DNA from: Phoronis australis
Lineage: Eukaryota; Animalia; Phoronida
Length of the DNA stretch: 64,000 bases
Direction of reading: 5' to 3'
Assembly (NCBI GenBank): GCA_002633005.1
Contig: NMRA01000977.1
Location: forward strand, 17,679 to 81,678
The translations under genes were made by a program, and so were the position numbers. The notes below the pieces were generated by a model. It saw nothing but the letters and a program-made list of their open reading frames with translations. It was not told the origin of the DNA and ran no database searches. Within the stretch, counting starts at the first letter, position 1, and every line of letters starts with the position of its first letter. Below are positions 50,480-64,000 of the stretch, piece after piece.

Positions 50480-52807
50480 TTTTTATGTGCCCACATATTT
50501 ATATGTGGACGCATTATGCCGTCATCCGTCCGTCCGGGCTGCGTCCGTCCTGCGTCCGCTGCTCTATCTCCAAAACCCTTTGACATGCGTTCATGAAATT
50601 TGGCACATATGTTCCATTCATGAATGGGACGGCGTGAGCGAACTTTCGGACGGATCCGACTACCGTTGTGCCCCCTAGTGGCAATTACATTTTTTACGTT
50701 TACCTTTAAAAGTCCTTAACCCTTATCCTGCTAAGCCTCTGTTCAGACAACTTTCCCTGTGTGCTGAGCTAAGTAGGTCACCACTGCTGCTATGCACTGG
50801 GCTGTTACAAAGGTCACTCAGATTAATGACCTAACATTTTTTAATTGGAAATTTGAAGGGGTAATGTCAACTTCACATAAAAGTAGTCTAGACCAAAGTT
50901 GTTCAGAATTTAATGGAGATTTTCACCATATACATATCTTTACCATAGCCTTGCTGTGAATAATTCTATTTACTTTCAAACTAGACACCCTTTGTTTTTA
51001 TCTGTTTTCGCACATGAGAACATTATAGCTGACACTCAAAAACCGTAATAAGCATTTTTATAAGGGAATTCATGGGACTTGCATGTTTAATAAAGCAGAT
51101 TTATTGTCTGTAACATCACATCTACAAACAAGAATGTACAGTATATAATGTAGGGCCTACCTCAACTTTGCACGATAACAAATTTATGACTGGTGCAGTC
51201 GCTTGCTCAAGTCCGTTTTGAAGTTCAACTTGGTGTGCAAAAACTTGAAACACGGGTGGGAACACAAAGCTATTCTGTGAAAAAGTCACAAAAATATCTA
51301 GTTCTGAATGAGTTCCATCATGTTTCAGAGGCCCTTTCATTATGCCTGAAGGGCGTGAGCCAAGCATCGTCGTAAGGTCAGCTTCAAATTGCACTGAGAT
51401 CCGAATCGATAGAATCTGCATTACTCGTGACTGTTGTATTAGTTTCACTGTCACCGTCACTTTCGAGTGCCAATTCCAGCTTGTTTTCACTATCTGAGTC
51501 CATGAACACTTCTTCCAGAAACTGGTCAACAGTCATCTTACCACGTTTGGCACCAGCCAAGATAAAACTTGCGTAAACTTTCAAATATCTTGGCAACAAC
51601 TCACCATAACCATATGTTGTAAATCAGAAAAATGTACAGGAAACTATGAACTGTGGAGTGTGCATGCTCACATATATAAACAGCATACGGGGCTTTCACA
51701 ATTTCTGAATGAATAACACCAGTGTCCTTGGGTGAGTACACCCTCCTTGCGCAGTCTAGCCGTAGCTTATTATAGGCGATTGAGTACACCCGACACATTT
51801 TAATAGGATAATTGGCTTGTCGGCTGACCTCGCCTAGCGCAGGATAAGGGTTGATGGATTTTCAGGCACCTATTAGCGAGGTGACGCTATCCTCCCGTTT
51901 TCGGATGGATTTGACGTAGTTTGCGCCACTTAGTGGCTATTTTTACTGTTTTTGAGTGTTTTGCGTCCACTCCTCTATCAACCAAACCGCTCAAAGGATG
52001 ATTGTGAAAATTGGCATGTATGTGCTTACTATAAAGAGGATGGTTGACTATGATTTTCCGACGATTTCGACTACTGTGGTGTCTCCTAGTGTCAGTTTTG
52101 TTTTTGTTGCGCCTATGGCTGTATCTCCTAAACCGTTCGCAGGATCTTTACTTAATTTAGCAAGTATATTTATGTAATTTTGACTACGGATGACGACGAC
52201 TTTCGGACAGATCTGACTACTGGTGTGCCCCCTTGTGGCAATTTTAATTTTTTAAGTATAACTTGGTATCTTCAAAGGTCCTCAACAGATTTTCATAAAA
52301 TTTTAAATATAGGCATTTATTGGTGTGATGACGCTATCTTCCTGTTTTTGGATGGAATCTAGATATTTTGCACCACCTAGTGGCCATTTTTGCTGTTTTC
52401 AAATCTTGTTTTTTGGTGTCCACCCCTGTATCGACCAAATTATTTGAAAATTGGCGTATATGTTCTCAGTGTGAAGATGACCTTTGATAATGGAGACTGA
52501 CTACTGTGGCGCCTCCTAGTGGTGGTTTTGTTTTGGGCCCGTAGTTGTATCTCCTAAACCCACTTCAGGATCTTTACTAAATTTAGTAAGTGTATTTATA
52601 TGAAGACAACAGACGACAACGACTTTCAGGCGGATCCAACGGACACTGTGCCCACGAGTGGCAATTTCATTTTATTCTGTTTTCCTTTCTTTCTCTGAAG
52701 TTCCTCGACAGATTTTTATGAAATATGGCATGTTCCTGTTTTTGGATGGATTGTATATTTTTGCGCCATCTAGTAGCCGTTTGCAATGCATTTGTGGGCG
52801 CATTTCA
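50480..52807 (+). mobile_element. Helentron/DINE-1-like element, copy 2 (interrupted by piggyBac)
   Basis: tttttatgtgcccaca start, GTCC repeats, tandem subrepeats and 3' tgtgggcgcattt. Confidence 0.75.
50720..51850 (-). mobile_element. Internally deleted piggyBac element
   Basis: TTAA-cccttatcctgc ... gcaggataaggg-TTGA. The minus strand keeps the acidic N-terminus (MTVDQFLEEVFMDSDSE) and the C-terminal Cys motif IALCSHPCFKFLH. Confidence 0.82.
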
Positions 52808-53104
52808 CAACTCTTGCAGATACCTGCATTCCACAAATAAATTGTAATGTAGTCTCTCTGTGCTGAGAGGAAAATGTACACAAGTCATTCTAGTCATTCT
52901 CTTGTACTTACCATTAAAAAGACATTTGTTGCTACAATACGCCGTACTGTTGTTATAATATGCCGTACAGTTGTTATAATATGCCGTACTGTTGTGTAGG
53001 CTACTGGAAATACCTTAGGTATGAATCTAACATAAACACATCCGGTAATCGACAAATTTTGGACCAATCAAAATCATCAACAGAAGAAACATTTAAATCT
53101 CTAA

Positions 53105-53873
53105 GGGCTGTTCCAGCAAAATCTGTATAGGAGGGCGGGAAGGCACTTTTATTTCGTACCCACCGCCCATATTTTTCATTTATTTCTCCAACCCATGACC
53201 CATAATTTTTTAATTATTTTATTAGGTTAAAATGTAAAATCCAACACTTGCAAACATATTGCCTCCAGGAGGACCTGTTAAGAACTTAGATGATTGACAG
53301 ACAAGAACTAGTTGTCTTGTCCAATATTGTCAAAAACCAAAGTAGCCTGTGAGCAATACTTTTGGCAGCCACCAGGTGTCTCTGTTCACCATGTGTCTAT
53401 AATTTCAATGAACATTTTATACTTCTATGTCAAGTGAATATTGGAACTTGTTTATCTTACTTCTCATACTTTTTATTTAAAAATCATCAATTTTCTTATA
53501 TGTGTTAACACCAGTTTAGTGTTGCATAACTTTTCAATTCAATGGGACTGCAGACAAATAGTTGGCTCAAATCAAGTTACCCATGACTTGCTTAATGACT
53601 TGGTGAACATATTGCACTCTGTTCACTGGCAATGGGCTTTTTTGTTTTGGGATAAGTTAGGATTATATGCCAATTGCATGTTATGAGTTTAAGCGGCTGA
53701 AGTAACCAACCTGTCAACATTAACAGGTCAAAGAATACCACCCATTTTTACTGCATCACGTCTTACAGGAACGACCACCCATAATTTTGAGTTTTTTTCT
53801 GAAGACCACCACCCATGAATTTTTATTTCTACTGCCGTCCCCCCCTCCCACACGGATTTTACTGGAACAGCCC
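53105..53873. mobile_element. PIF/Harbinger (Tourist-like) MITE, TAA TSD
   Basis: TAA-gggctgttccagcaaaatc ... gattttactggaacagccc-TAA; absent from the homologous LINE segment at ~37278. Confidence 0.85.
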
Positions 53874-55853
53874 TAAACTGCTTCTGCATAGTTTTAGACT
53901 AATTGATGAGATATGAAGATCGTCATTAAATTGAATTTCTAGGGTCTTAAATTCTCTTATTTTCTTTTCAAAACCGTCTATCAGATTCTCTCATTGATCC
54001 TATCTACATAGCTCTTGTTTTATGAAAATAATTTTTAAACCGGACAGTTCTTAAAACCATTGTTAAGTTATCAGATTTTTCTAAGAGCTCTCAGAACCAT
54101 CCAAGAATATTGTGGTGTCGTCCGCATACTGTGGAATCTTTAAAAACTTCCTGCCATATTTTAATAGCTTCCACTTGTTTTGTTTCTGATTACTTGTGCT
54201 AGAATTTCAACACACAAAATAAAAATATAAGTGATCGCATATGTCTCAAATAATATTTAAAAGATCGTGCGTCACAAGCTCGTTATCAGAGATAAAAAGG
54301 AGACTGAGGTAGGCGATATAACGTCGTTTATACCACAATATTAGCGTCAAATGGCAGATACAACTGTGTAATACTTATACGCTATGAAAAATAAGACATA
54401 ATTTCCATAAAAATGGAATCTTAATTCAGTGAAATTTTTCTCTCAGATCCTCTTACTTGTAAATCACCGATCTCCAGTTTGAATGCGGGTATCGTGTCGT
54501 CAGGATCTTTGACTTGAGAATTATATTCAGTTACCAGTGGTAACCTACTTTAGCAGACGATAATTTCCCGGTTGAAACTTAGCGTGAAAAAAACGTGTTT
54601 TAAGCTATAATAGTTGGTAAACATTAATTTATAAATTCAGTTTATTTCTATCATATTTAAGTTTTCAATTGGTTTTGACTAAAAGCATTATTTGACAAAA
54701 ATGGCACGGTTTTTCTTAAAAGGTCACGTCCTCCGACCCCGGGCCTGTGACATAGAAAGTAGTTACAAAGCCATGGAGAGTCAGAAAAGGTAAATTGATT
54801 CATTGCAATGTTTCTCGTTTAGTTTGTGGTATAAATAGATTATTAAAGCCCTCGTGGATTTGGAGAATTATGACCCTCGGGGCTTACGCCCCTCGGGCGA
54901 TAATTCTCCAAAATCCACTCAGGCTCTAGATAACGGGGGATAACGACTTCGCCATGTAATAATTAATAATGTAATAATTAATTTATAATGACCAGTGTAG
55001 TTACAAGAAATATGTAATGAATAAGGATAAGTAAAGTAAAAAAATGGTAAGGTATATAGTCGCCCTGTCGATGATGTCTGTATTGTTTAAAAATTTTTTA
55101 CTAAGAGCCATTCTGAATAGTGAAATGACAAAATCCACCTTTTGTGTGATATCGTCTGAAATTAAAAGCGTTTTATAATACTTATGTACTAATTTTCCAT
55201 ACATTATATCATATGTTAATCTAGTATTTTCAAGCAAAGACATGGTATGAAACCTTTGTGGTCACAGTTAACTTGTTTAACACCTCTCTGCTATGCACGA
55301 TCACACTAAGTTAACAGAACTATTGGTTTCCAATTTATTAGAAAGCATCTGGGATAGCCACTTCTTGGAATGCAAGTAACAACACCTTGTAACTGTGTGA
55401 CATTATTTTTCCAATACGCATCATTTATACTCTGTAAAAGGAAATGTCGTTTGTCTTTCCTAAAAAATTAATAAATTCTACAGAAAGTCCGTCCAAGCCT
55501 GGGCTTTTATTTAGATTTTTTTCAACGTAAGAAGTTTATGACAGGTACTGTCACCTTGTATGCTGAAGATTTCTGTCGGAGACAGTTTTGTTCTCAAATT
55601 CTCAATTTGTAAATCTAAACATTTCTGTGTTGTGGTCTGTATCACTTAGCTTAGTGATATTCAATCCATCGTTTTTTAAAATTCTTTTATGTTTTTTTAT
55701 TTTTTAATCTACCGGTATTCTCTAAATTGCAAAAATATTTCCAAATTCAACCCAACTAGCTCTAGATCAGCTTCCTTGTTATTTAATTCTTCAGTTGCAG
55801 TTGAAAATGTATTATTCGATCTCTCGATTAAATTGAAGTTGTTTCCAAAAGTA

Positions 55854-58136
55854 CTGTAATCGTTCGGGTTAACGCCCTGGGCGGTTAAATTGGCGAACCC
55901 AAAAAATCGGGGGAGGGCGGTTAACCGAGCAGTGGGCGGTTAAATCGAAAATCCACCTAAAGTAGGGGATGGGCGGTTAACCGAACATGGGCGCTTATTA
56001 CGACAGTCAACCGCCCTGGGCGGTTAATCTTACCTGGCGATCTAAATCCCGACACGACACTCATACTCGGAACGCGCGTAACCCTATTCAAAGAGCTTCA
56101 TCGTCACGTCGCCAAATGACTGTGAAAACGTCATAACAGCGGATGATCCCAACAAAGGTTCTCTTGCCCTCAGATTAGTCGTTCACTATTAAATTTACAA
56201 AATTGCTGAGTAATAGCCCCGTGCCGTCCTGCGGTGCGCAGACGACCAGTGACCACGNNNNNNNNNNNNNNNNNNNNNNNNNNNNNNNNNNNNNNNNNNN
56301 NNNNNNNNNNNNNNNNNNNNNNNNNNNNNNNNNNNNNNNNNNNNNNNNNNNNNNNNNNNNNNNNNNNNNNNNNNNNNNNNNNNNNNNNNNNNNNNNNNNN
56401 NNNNNNNNNNNNNNNNNNNNNNNNNNNNNNNNNNNNNNNNNNNNNNNNNNNNNNNNNNNNNNNNNNNNNNNNNNNNNNNNNNNNNNNNNNNNNNNNNNNN
56501 NNNNNNNNNNNNNNNNNNNNNNNNNNNNNNNNNNNNNNNNNNNNNNNNNNNNNNNNNNNNNNNNNNNNNNNNNNNNNNNNNNNNNNNNNNNNNNNNNNNN
56601 NNNNNNNNNNNNNNNNNNNNNNNNNNNNNNNNNNNNNNNNNNNNNNNNNNNNNNNNNNNNNNNNNNNNNNNNNNNNNNNNNNNNNNNNNNNNNNNNNNNN
56701 NNNNNNNNNNNNNNNNNNNNNNNNNNNNNNNNNNNNNNNNNNNNNNNNNNNNNNNNNNNNNNNNNNNNNNNNNNNNNNNNNNNNNNNNNNNNNNNNNNNN
56801 NNNNNNNNNNNNNNNNNNNNNNNNNNNNNNNNNNNNNNNNNNNNNNNNNNNNNNNNNNNNNNNNNNNNNNNNNNNNNNNNNNNNNNNNNNNNNNNNNNNN
56901 NNNNNNNNNNNNNNNNNNNNNNNNNNNNNNNNNNNNNNNNNNNNNNNNNNNNNNNNGGCGTGACTATGTACTTTTAAGCTGTTGTTACGAAAGACCCAGT
57001 TCTGTACGATATTCCTTCGTTGCCAATGTTCCCCAAAACTGCGATGTCAAGTCTATTCCCATATTTCCCGGCTCGATGCTCCCTAAGCCCATCCCTGTAA
57101 CTAGCTGCGTGAATCTCCTACCCACTATCGTCAAGCAGTCTACGTCGTAGATATTTCAGACTTGAATGGTAAGAATTTTTGTTCAGGCTGAAAATGGCCA
57201 ATGTATGAACAAAACTATTCCGGATGGTTAAAAAGGGGATGTGGAAACGATAATTCACACAGTCACGCTTACGTGGGGGCTGACGCAAGAAATAGTAGCC
57301 AACGACATTAGTTGAATCTGCTAACCAGTTTGACTGAGATGCAATAAGCGAAAAACAAAATTTGACTAGCCATTTTTTATTACTTCAAGATCATACACAA
57401 ACATACATTATTGCCAACGTTTGAATTCAGAAATCGACAGGCAGCCACGAAGTCGGTAACCCAGTAAGGCACTTGTACTGTCTCTTCGGTCGCCCCACAT
57501 CCTCTATAACCCGGCAGTTATATCGATCAAAATATTGAGAATTTGACGTCTTTCCGTGAGTTGTGAGATTTGTTCAAAATACGAGAGCTTCCCACCGTAA
57601 TAGAATTTGGAGGGTTGGCGAAACCATTGTCACATTTCTCTGGCCTGATTTTTTCGAATATATTTTTATCTAGTGCACTGCAGACGGAAACTCAGTGCGG
57701 CAGACAAAGTCGCTGAAAGCGGAGGTTTTGACGCCGGCGGCGTTCTTAAACTTTGCAAACAAGGGAAGAAAATAAAGTGACAAAAAGGTTCAAGTATTTT
57801 GAAGTGAGTTCATGACCCAAGACAATAACTCTTTACCTGTATTGTGATTCAGATTGCTAAACCACCGTCTCGGAGTCCCGGCGTCGTTGCACTCATTGTG
57901 ATCATCGATCTTTTTCTAAAAGTCGGGGAATCGCGCGTTTCCTTAGCACTAGGCGCTAAATCTTCATTCTTTAAAAGTCGGGGTGGGCGCTTAACCGAGA
58001 GGTGGGCGCTTAACTGGAACTCTTAAAAAATCGGGGGACGGCGGTTAACCGAGCAGTGGGCGGTTAAATCGGAAATCCACTTACAGTCGGGGATGGGCGG
58101 TTAACTGAACATGGGCGTTAACCCGAACGATTACGG
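55854..58136. mobile_element. Non-autonomous Tc1/mariner (pogo-like) element family C, spanning an assembly gap
   Basis: TA-ctgtaatcgttcgggttaacgccc ... gggcgttaacccgaacgattacgg-TA; multiple gggcggttaa subterminal repeats. Confidence 0.85.
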
Positions 58137-59444
58137 TAATTGATCATCTAGTCCAAATGAACAACAGCAGAAAAATTTATTATTTTCAATTTCGTCCTTT
58201 ATTGTTTTGACAAATCAGGATTACCTAACGATGAAGTATTAAACTTATAGTAACCTTCCCCATTTTCATCAATGCATCTATAGGCTGACAAAATAGAAGA
58301 GTCTGAAAAACTTGAAAGGTGTTCTGCAGCAAGAAAAAATCCAATTACCCATTTTCTGGGGGTGTTTCTTAAACCATGTGAATTCATCTTGAAATGCTCT
58401 CCAAATGTTAATATTCCAGTCTCCACACAGTAGAAAAGTACCGTATTTCAAAATATCTATCAATTTCATTGTTTTTGAAAAAACTAGGTTTGTTTTGGGT
58501 TGGACCGTATATGTTCACCAGTGTAATTTTAATATCATTATTGATAGCAGTGTCTAAAAATAGATAGTTACCCACTGGGTCAATAACCTGACCTTCAACA
58601 ATGTAGGCAAAATTATTGTTAAATAATATTGCAACTCCTTTAGTTTTTGATGCCAAAGGAGTGATTTTTACATCAAATCCCCATTTGTTTCTGAAAGAAT
58701 TTTCAAAACCTGATATGACATGTATATCTATCTTGTAAGCAGGTGATATGGAAATTGTCTTTTCTAAACCCCCTAAAATAATCTTTTCTCTTCATTTTGT
58801 CAGTAAGACCTCTACAGTTAAGACAATATTTATGTTAGACATTATTCAGAAAATAGCTATATTTTTAATATATCTATGGAGCTATTTACTAAATGGATTA
58901 GTCCTAATAAGTATATAAAATAGGTAAAGCCAAATCCAATTGTTTATCAAAAAAGAAAACCCATGACATGAACTTGTGAATCTGGCTGTGTTATTAGAAT
59001 AGTTTTCAATAAAGACTGCAGCCTGCTGACATCTATCATTCCAACAGCATGTTCTAGCACATTTGCAAACAATACAACAGGATCAAAGCCATGAACCCCA
59101 TGATGCCCAGTGAAAACTTAACATTATGTCTCAAAAACGCTGTTAGGATTTTGCTTTAAAATGCCTAGTTTTCACGTACCGAGTGTCATTCGAATAAGAT
59201 TGCTTTTTTTTACAAAAATGGCTTGTGTTATGTGAGTTAATTTGGCATAAAACCCGAACTAAGTGAGTAATCAAAAATTCCTAACATTGTTCTGGTGGTG
59301 ATTTTGGTAAAGAATGTATTTCCTTGCATAAACAAGAAATGGCAGAGTAGTAAAAAAGATAACAAGGAAAGTGGACGGCCAGTGAGCAGTTTGAATGGCT
59401 GCTGGTGATTGATACTCTGTGTCTTAACCACATAAAGTCGAGTA

Positions 59445-59595
59445 CCGTATTCGCCGTAATAACCGCCCAGGGCGCTTAGAAAAGTTCGTTTCAGGGGGGG
59501 CGCTTATAACCCAAGGCCGTTAAAACCCGGTCTCCGAAACCGGTGAAATCGGAAGCTGAGATTCATCATGTTTACGCTGTGTGACGTATCTGGGA
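59445..59595 (+). mobile_element. Family A pogo-like element, left-end fragment
   Basis: TA-ccgtattcgccgtaataaccgccc plus ~150 bp of homology. Confidence 0.8.
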
Positions 59596-60014
59596 TGATT
59601 TATAGTTTGTCCGTTATGTCTCTTGGTGTTTTGCTTCATAGCTAATGCACGCCTGAGAATAAGAGATTGTACAGAGGCTGTAAGCGAGTATGTTAAGCTG
59701 TCTAACACAAAGTAGTCGTGCCTTCAATGAAGTTTGTTGCTAGAAAACTGATTTATAGCAACATGTATCAAAAAATATAAAGAGTTAAATTTTCACCAAT
59801 TATTATGTGGCTGGTAGAACGTGATATTCAGTTCAGCAACAGTCTGTATGTTGTTAGAGCTGCTGCCATAGCAACCACTTCAACCAGCAAATAACATTTG
59901 CGTGACTAAATTGTGGTGAAAACTGTTGAATGACACAGAATAGTAGGTAAAGACAGTTGTCACTAAATTTCACCGTAAAATGTTGGCAAAAATAACTTAA
60001 GAACTCTACTTTAA

Positions 60015-61717
60015 GCCGCTGTTGTCCAAGACGGCCGACCCGATCCAAACAAGTGATCCAAATTTCTCCACAAAAGTAACAATAACTTTTTTGCGAGATT
60101 TTTATGCGCCCACATATTTATATGTGGACGCATTATGCCGTCATCTCTGTCCGTCCGTCCGTCCGGGCGGCGTCCGTCTGGCGTCCGGCGTCCGCTGCTC
60201 TATCTCCAAAACCCTTTGACATACGTTCATGAAATTTGGCACATATGTTCCATTCATGAATGGGACGGCATGTGCGAACTTTCGGACGGATCCGACTACC
60301 GGTGTGCCCCCTAGTGGCAATTTTAGTTTTTTACGCTTACCTTTGTATCTTCAAAAGTCCTGAACGGATTTTCATGAAATTTGGTATGTAGGCACCTAGT
60401 AGTGAGATGACGCTATCCTGCCGTTTTCAGATGGATTCGACATAGTTTGCGCCACCTAGTGGCCATTTTTACTGTTTTCGAGTCTGTATTTTTGCGTCCA
60501 CCCCTCTATCAACCAAACCGCTCAAAGGATGATTGTGAAAATTGGCGTGTATGTGCTTACTATAAGGAAGACAGCTGACAATGATTTTCAGACGATTTGG
60601 ACTACTGTGGCGCCTCCTAGTGGCAGTTTTGTTTTTTTGCGCCCATGGCTGTATCTCCCAAACCGTTCGCAGGATCTTTACTAAATTTAGCAAGTGTATT
60701 TATGTGATGTTGACAACGGACGATGACGACTTTAGGATGATTCTGATTACCGGTATGCCTCTAGTGGCAATTTTAGTATTTGCCTCTAGTGGCAATTTTA
60801 GTATTTTACATTGACCTCTGTATTTTCATAGGTCTTCAGGTGTATACTTTGTGTTACTTCGTGACTGTGAAGGAAAAGTTCCAAGTAGAAATTTGTTTCT
60901 GGCATTCTAATGCTGTGCTAATCTCGTATGTTGGTAAATTTGTTTTTAATTCTATGTTTCTGTGGTGCTTTAAGCAACTGGTGTATAGGATGTGCTTGTA
61001 TTATGAAGATTACTCACATTTTGCCCCTAGCCTATTGAGGAGACAATGACCATGCCTTTCCATTTTGCAAAGTATGCCCTCTACTGGCCACTTCATGGTA
61101 CCAATAAACAACCCTAGAAGGATACCGTATGCGGTGCAATTGTGGGCGCATTTCAACGCTCCGCGTTGCTCTTGTTATGTTTCTGATGATGTTAACAAAT
61201 TTCTTCAAAACAAGAAAGGGTTCAACAGCACTACTGTCGTCCAACTGGCGATGCAGTCTTAAATCTGAGCATAGTACATGGTGTATTATCACAGCCTCAC
61301 TCAACAAAGCATTCTTCAAATGTCAGTGCTAGATAAATTAAAACTTATCACTTGTAAAAACACTAGAACTTTTGGCACACACTTAAATTATGCTCCCATT
61401 TTCTCACAAAATTGTGAAAACTGGAAAATATATCCTTCGGCTATGTTGGGTTATTGTGTCTGGTCAGTGAAATGTGTCTCCAGCATTGCCAAGTCCATGG
61501 AGTGTTTTCATTGTTATGTGCTGGAAGTTCTAGTGTTTTGTTTAATTAAATAAATGTTAGCAGTTGAAGAATGTCAGACTGGTGTGTAGTGGGAGGAAGT
61601 GTAAATAAGGCGATCGTTGGAAAAAACAAACGAAAAGGGAAAAAACATTAAAATTAAGTGAAGCAGTACAAAGTTATAGCACTTGTTTGGATCGGGTCAG
61701 CCATTTTGGACGACAGC
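60015..61717. mobile_element. Non-autonomous TIR element (possibly Kolobok-like) hosting a Helentron
   Basis: ~38-bp inverted repeats gctgttgtccaagacggccgacccgatccaaacaagtg / cacttgtttggatcgggtcagccattttggacgacagc; flanks TTAA and TTAT. Confidence 0.65.
60099..61176 (+). mobile_element. Helentron/DINE-1-like element, copy 3 (complete)
   Basis: tttttatgcgcccaca ... tgtgggcgcat, then hairpin caacgc-tcc-gcgttg and ctcttgtt. Confidence 0.8.
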
Positions 61718-61807
61718 TTATAAATTAATTTCACCAATAGTGAAATTCAAGAAGACGTATCTTTGCCTACCACTGTGATTGAATGCTAAAATAACTTATT
61801 AGATTAA

Positions 61808-61930
61808 AGGAGAATGCCACCCAAAAAATGGCCTATTTTGTATCTAGTTAGATCGAGTAGTTCCACTCGATAACAGCAAGTTCAGTTCTTTTACCTGACG
61901 TTAGACGAAGGTGTTAAAATTAACCAATGA
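61808..61930 (+). mobile_element. Kolobok-like family end fragment
   Basis: TTAA-aggagaatgccaccc and homology to 50035-50160. Confidence 0.65.
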
Positions 61931-62296
61931 TGTCGACTGTATACGATGTGTTGTGAATATTGACCAATTAGGAAGGGAAAAATGATGAAGTAAATCTCTA
62001 GACTCGTCTCTAGCGCCACTGACAACATGGCGACTTGCTGAACTGAAAGGCATGTTCAACTGGCTACTTAGTGACCAGTGAAGATTTCACTTAAATACAT
62101 TTCGATGTACATTGCTATAAAAATCAACTTTAAACAATTTTCATTTTTTTTGTGTTAAAGCTAAATGGAATATTCTAATTATTTCACTGTGAATTGCCCA
62201 TTCAGTTGTCCTGACATTCTGCTGAAATATTTGAAATTGTTTTGATACTTAGTTTTTGTTTGAAAGTCAACTGTTCTTCATGGTTTGATCATGTTT

Positions 62297-62792
62297 CAGG
62301 GCTTGGAATTTTTTGCGGAAACGTGGATTTCCACTTTTTTCAAATGTTCTGTCCGCATATTGTATTATATTTCCGTTTAAAAAAAAATCTGATTTGATAT
62401 AAAATTTCCGCGGCAAATTTCTTTCTTACCACGGCGTTGCCGACCACTTTCACCTCGAAAAGCGGACGTTGCTCTTTATATTTTGGAGGAACATAAATTG
62501 TCAACATTGCCTGGGCATCTGGGATAGCGTGGTGGATTTTTTCAATGACGTCTTCTGTGATTGTAAGCCGCGGTGACGAATACTACGACTCTGCAGCCAA
62601 AATGTGAGGTGGGAGTGGACGAACGAGCTAAAATGACGTAGACGCACGCTACTGGATGTGGCACAGTTTTTTTGTTTAGTCCCGATTTTTGTCGGCAAAT
62701 GGGGTCCACATCAACTATTTCAAGGCTGGGTGCGCGCATGGTTTGGGCCGTAAAAATTTCTGCTCTTTTGTCATTGGTCATTCCAAGCCCTG
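62297..62792 (+). mobile_element. Family B hAT-like MITE
   Basis: cagggcttggaat / attccaagccctg with a perfect 6-bp TSD ATGTTT. Confidence 0.88.
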
Positions 62793-64000
62793 ATGTTTAA
62801 AAATGGCATACATACAAAACTGGTGCAGTCATCCACTACGGGTTTTGTCGCTTCATTCTAGTCTTCACCCGATCTGGCAAAGCTCCGGGTGCACTTGTTA
62901 CCTCTGGTTCTGGTTCAAACATACTGTCCTATGGCTGTTTGCGATTTGAATAGTTAATGTGTCCTTTGGTTAATCACATTCTAATGAAAATCTTATTAAA
63001 TTTCTTGCTGAAGAACTCAGTGCTGTAGGTCCCATGTTCCATTGTAATTCCTAGCCTTGTTTAACGTGCCTGTCTCACTGCACAAGCCTATATTCAGAAT
63101 TGACTGGCTAAAGTAGGATAAGATCAACAGCTGCTAGGCTTTCCTAATTAAAAACCGAAAATGCCAGGTCGCCAATCGCCAAAATTGACGTCAAAACTCG
63201 AAATCCTAGGTTGGAAAAATGAAATTTTCAGAAAATCCAGCACATTAAAGAGCTATAATTTTGTGTAGGAAGGTTTGATGTCATTAGTCCATGCCAACTT
63301 ACGGTAACCATTAGGCTGAAATACTTTGTAGTGGCTAACCACTAAACCTGATCCTTACAGAACATCCATCTTTCATTTTACACAGTGACCCAACATTTTT
63401 ACCACGCAATAGCTCTATAGACAATTGGTTAATGTCACTAGCTAGTCCAGTAGTTGGTCAGTGATGGTGTTGTCATGAGCAAGTGACTGAAATCTGCAGT
63501 TTCTGCTGTCTGTTTCATAAATGTACTTGAGAATGTTGTGTACCTACCTATGTGCGTGCGCGTGTGTTCGTTCAGCTGAATAGTCAGGAATTATGAGTCA
63601 ACAATGCGATGTCGATTTGCATTGAGCCAGTGTTTGCTTCAAAAACAAATGGATTGGTATGGAGGTAGGCTAAAATTGATTACAGAAGTTATACGGAGTT
63701 TTAAATAGAAATTAAGAGGTATTTGTCAAAGTTTTCAGAGGCAGTGGTTTTAATAGGTCTGTTGGGTTCGAGAAATGGAACTTAATTTTTATTTAGGCCA
63801 ATGGAGTTAAATATTTTAACCTTTTATTTTCAGGAATGGCAGTCAGGTACAGCAGTCAAGGAAAGCAGGATGTGTTAAAGGCTCTGAAGGTCGAAGAAGT
63901 GAAGCGTGGCAGAGTAGCTGTTGCCAGTTAAGATTTTGTGTTTCAATCAGCAAGACCCATTTTATTGACAAGCTACTCATGCCACATCTAGGCACCAAAG

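Larger units (their letters stand above)
52808..58842 (-). pseudogene. L1/Tx1-clade LINE ORF2 fossil (APE endonuclease to 3' region), deleted and interrupted
   Basis: NCRGLTDK..KRK, KGVAILFNN, TLVNIYGP, LCGDWN and LNKSPGLDGLSVEF motifs on the minus strand, in the expected order. Confidence 0.8.

Noticed and set aside
56203-57150. 315-aa and 247-aa ORFs
   Set aside because: Mostly the N gap at 56258-56956.

Overview
AT-rich eukaryotic (animal) scaffold DNA, most likely from a marine invertebrate such as a mollusc (inferred from the transposon repertoire). It has two N-gaps (20894-21233, 56258-56956) and four single-N joins; three of these joins duplicate the flanking sequence. No host protein-coding gene can be supported. 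The window is a graveyard of nested transposable elements. The main item is a degenerate KolobokP-type DNA transposon at about 19071-25580. It has a ~609-bp terminal unit bounded by short inverted repeats, an apparently intact I-PpoI-like His-Me finger (HNH) nuclease ORF on the + strand, and a convergent, frameshifted Kolobok DDE transposase on the - strand. It is interrupted by a Helentron-like element and by a CAGGG-ended element with a 6-bp TSD. Also present are an ISL2EU/Harbinger element (THAP-DDE plus a convergent YqaJ exonuclease), hAT-like elements with unusual 5- and 6-bp TSDs, and pogo/Tc1-like, Harbinger-like, Kolobok-like and piggyBac non-autonomous elements. L1/Tx1 and CR1/L2 LINE fossils, SINE remnants, satellites and local segmental duplications complete the picture; the duplications supply empty insertion sites. 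All family assignments come from motif recognition by eye; no database search was run.
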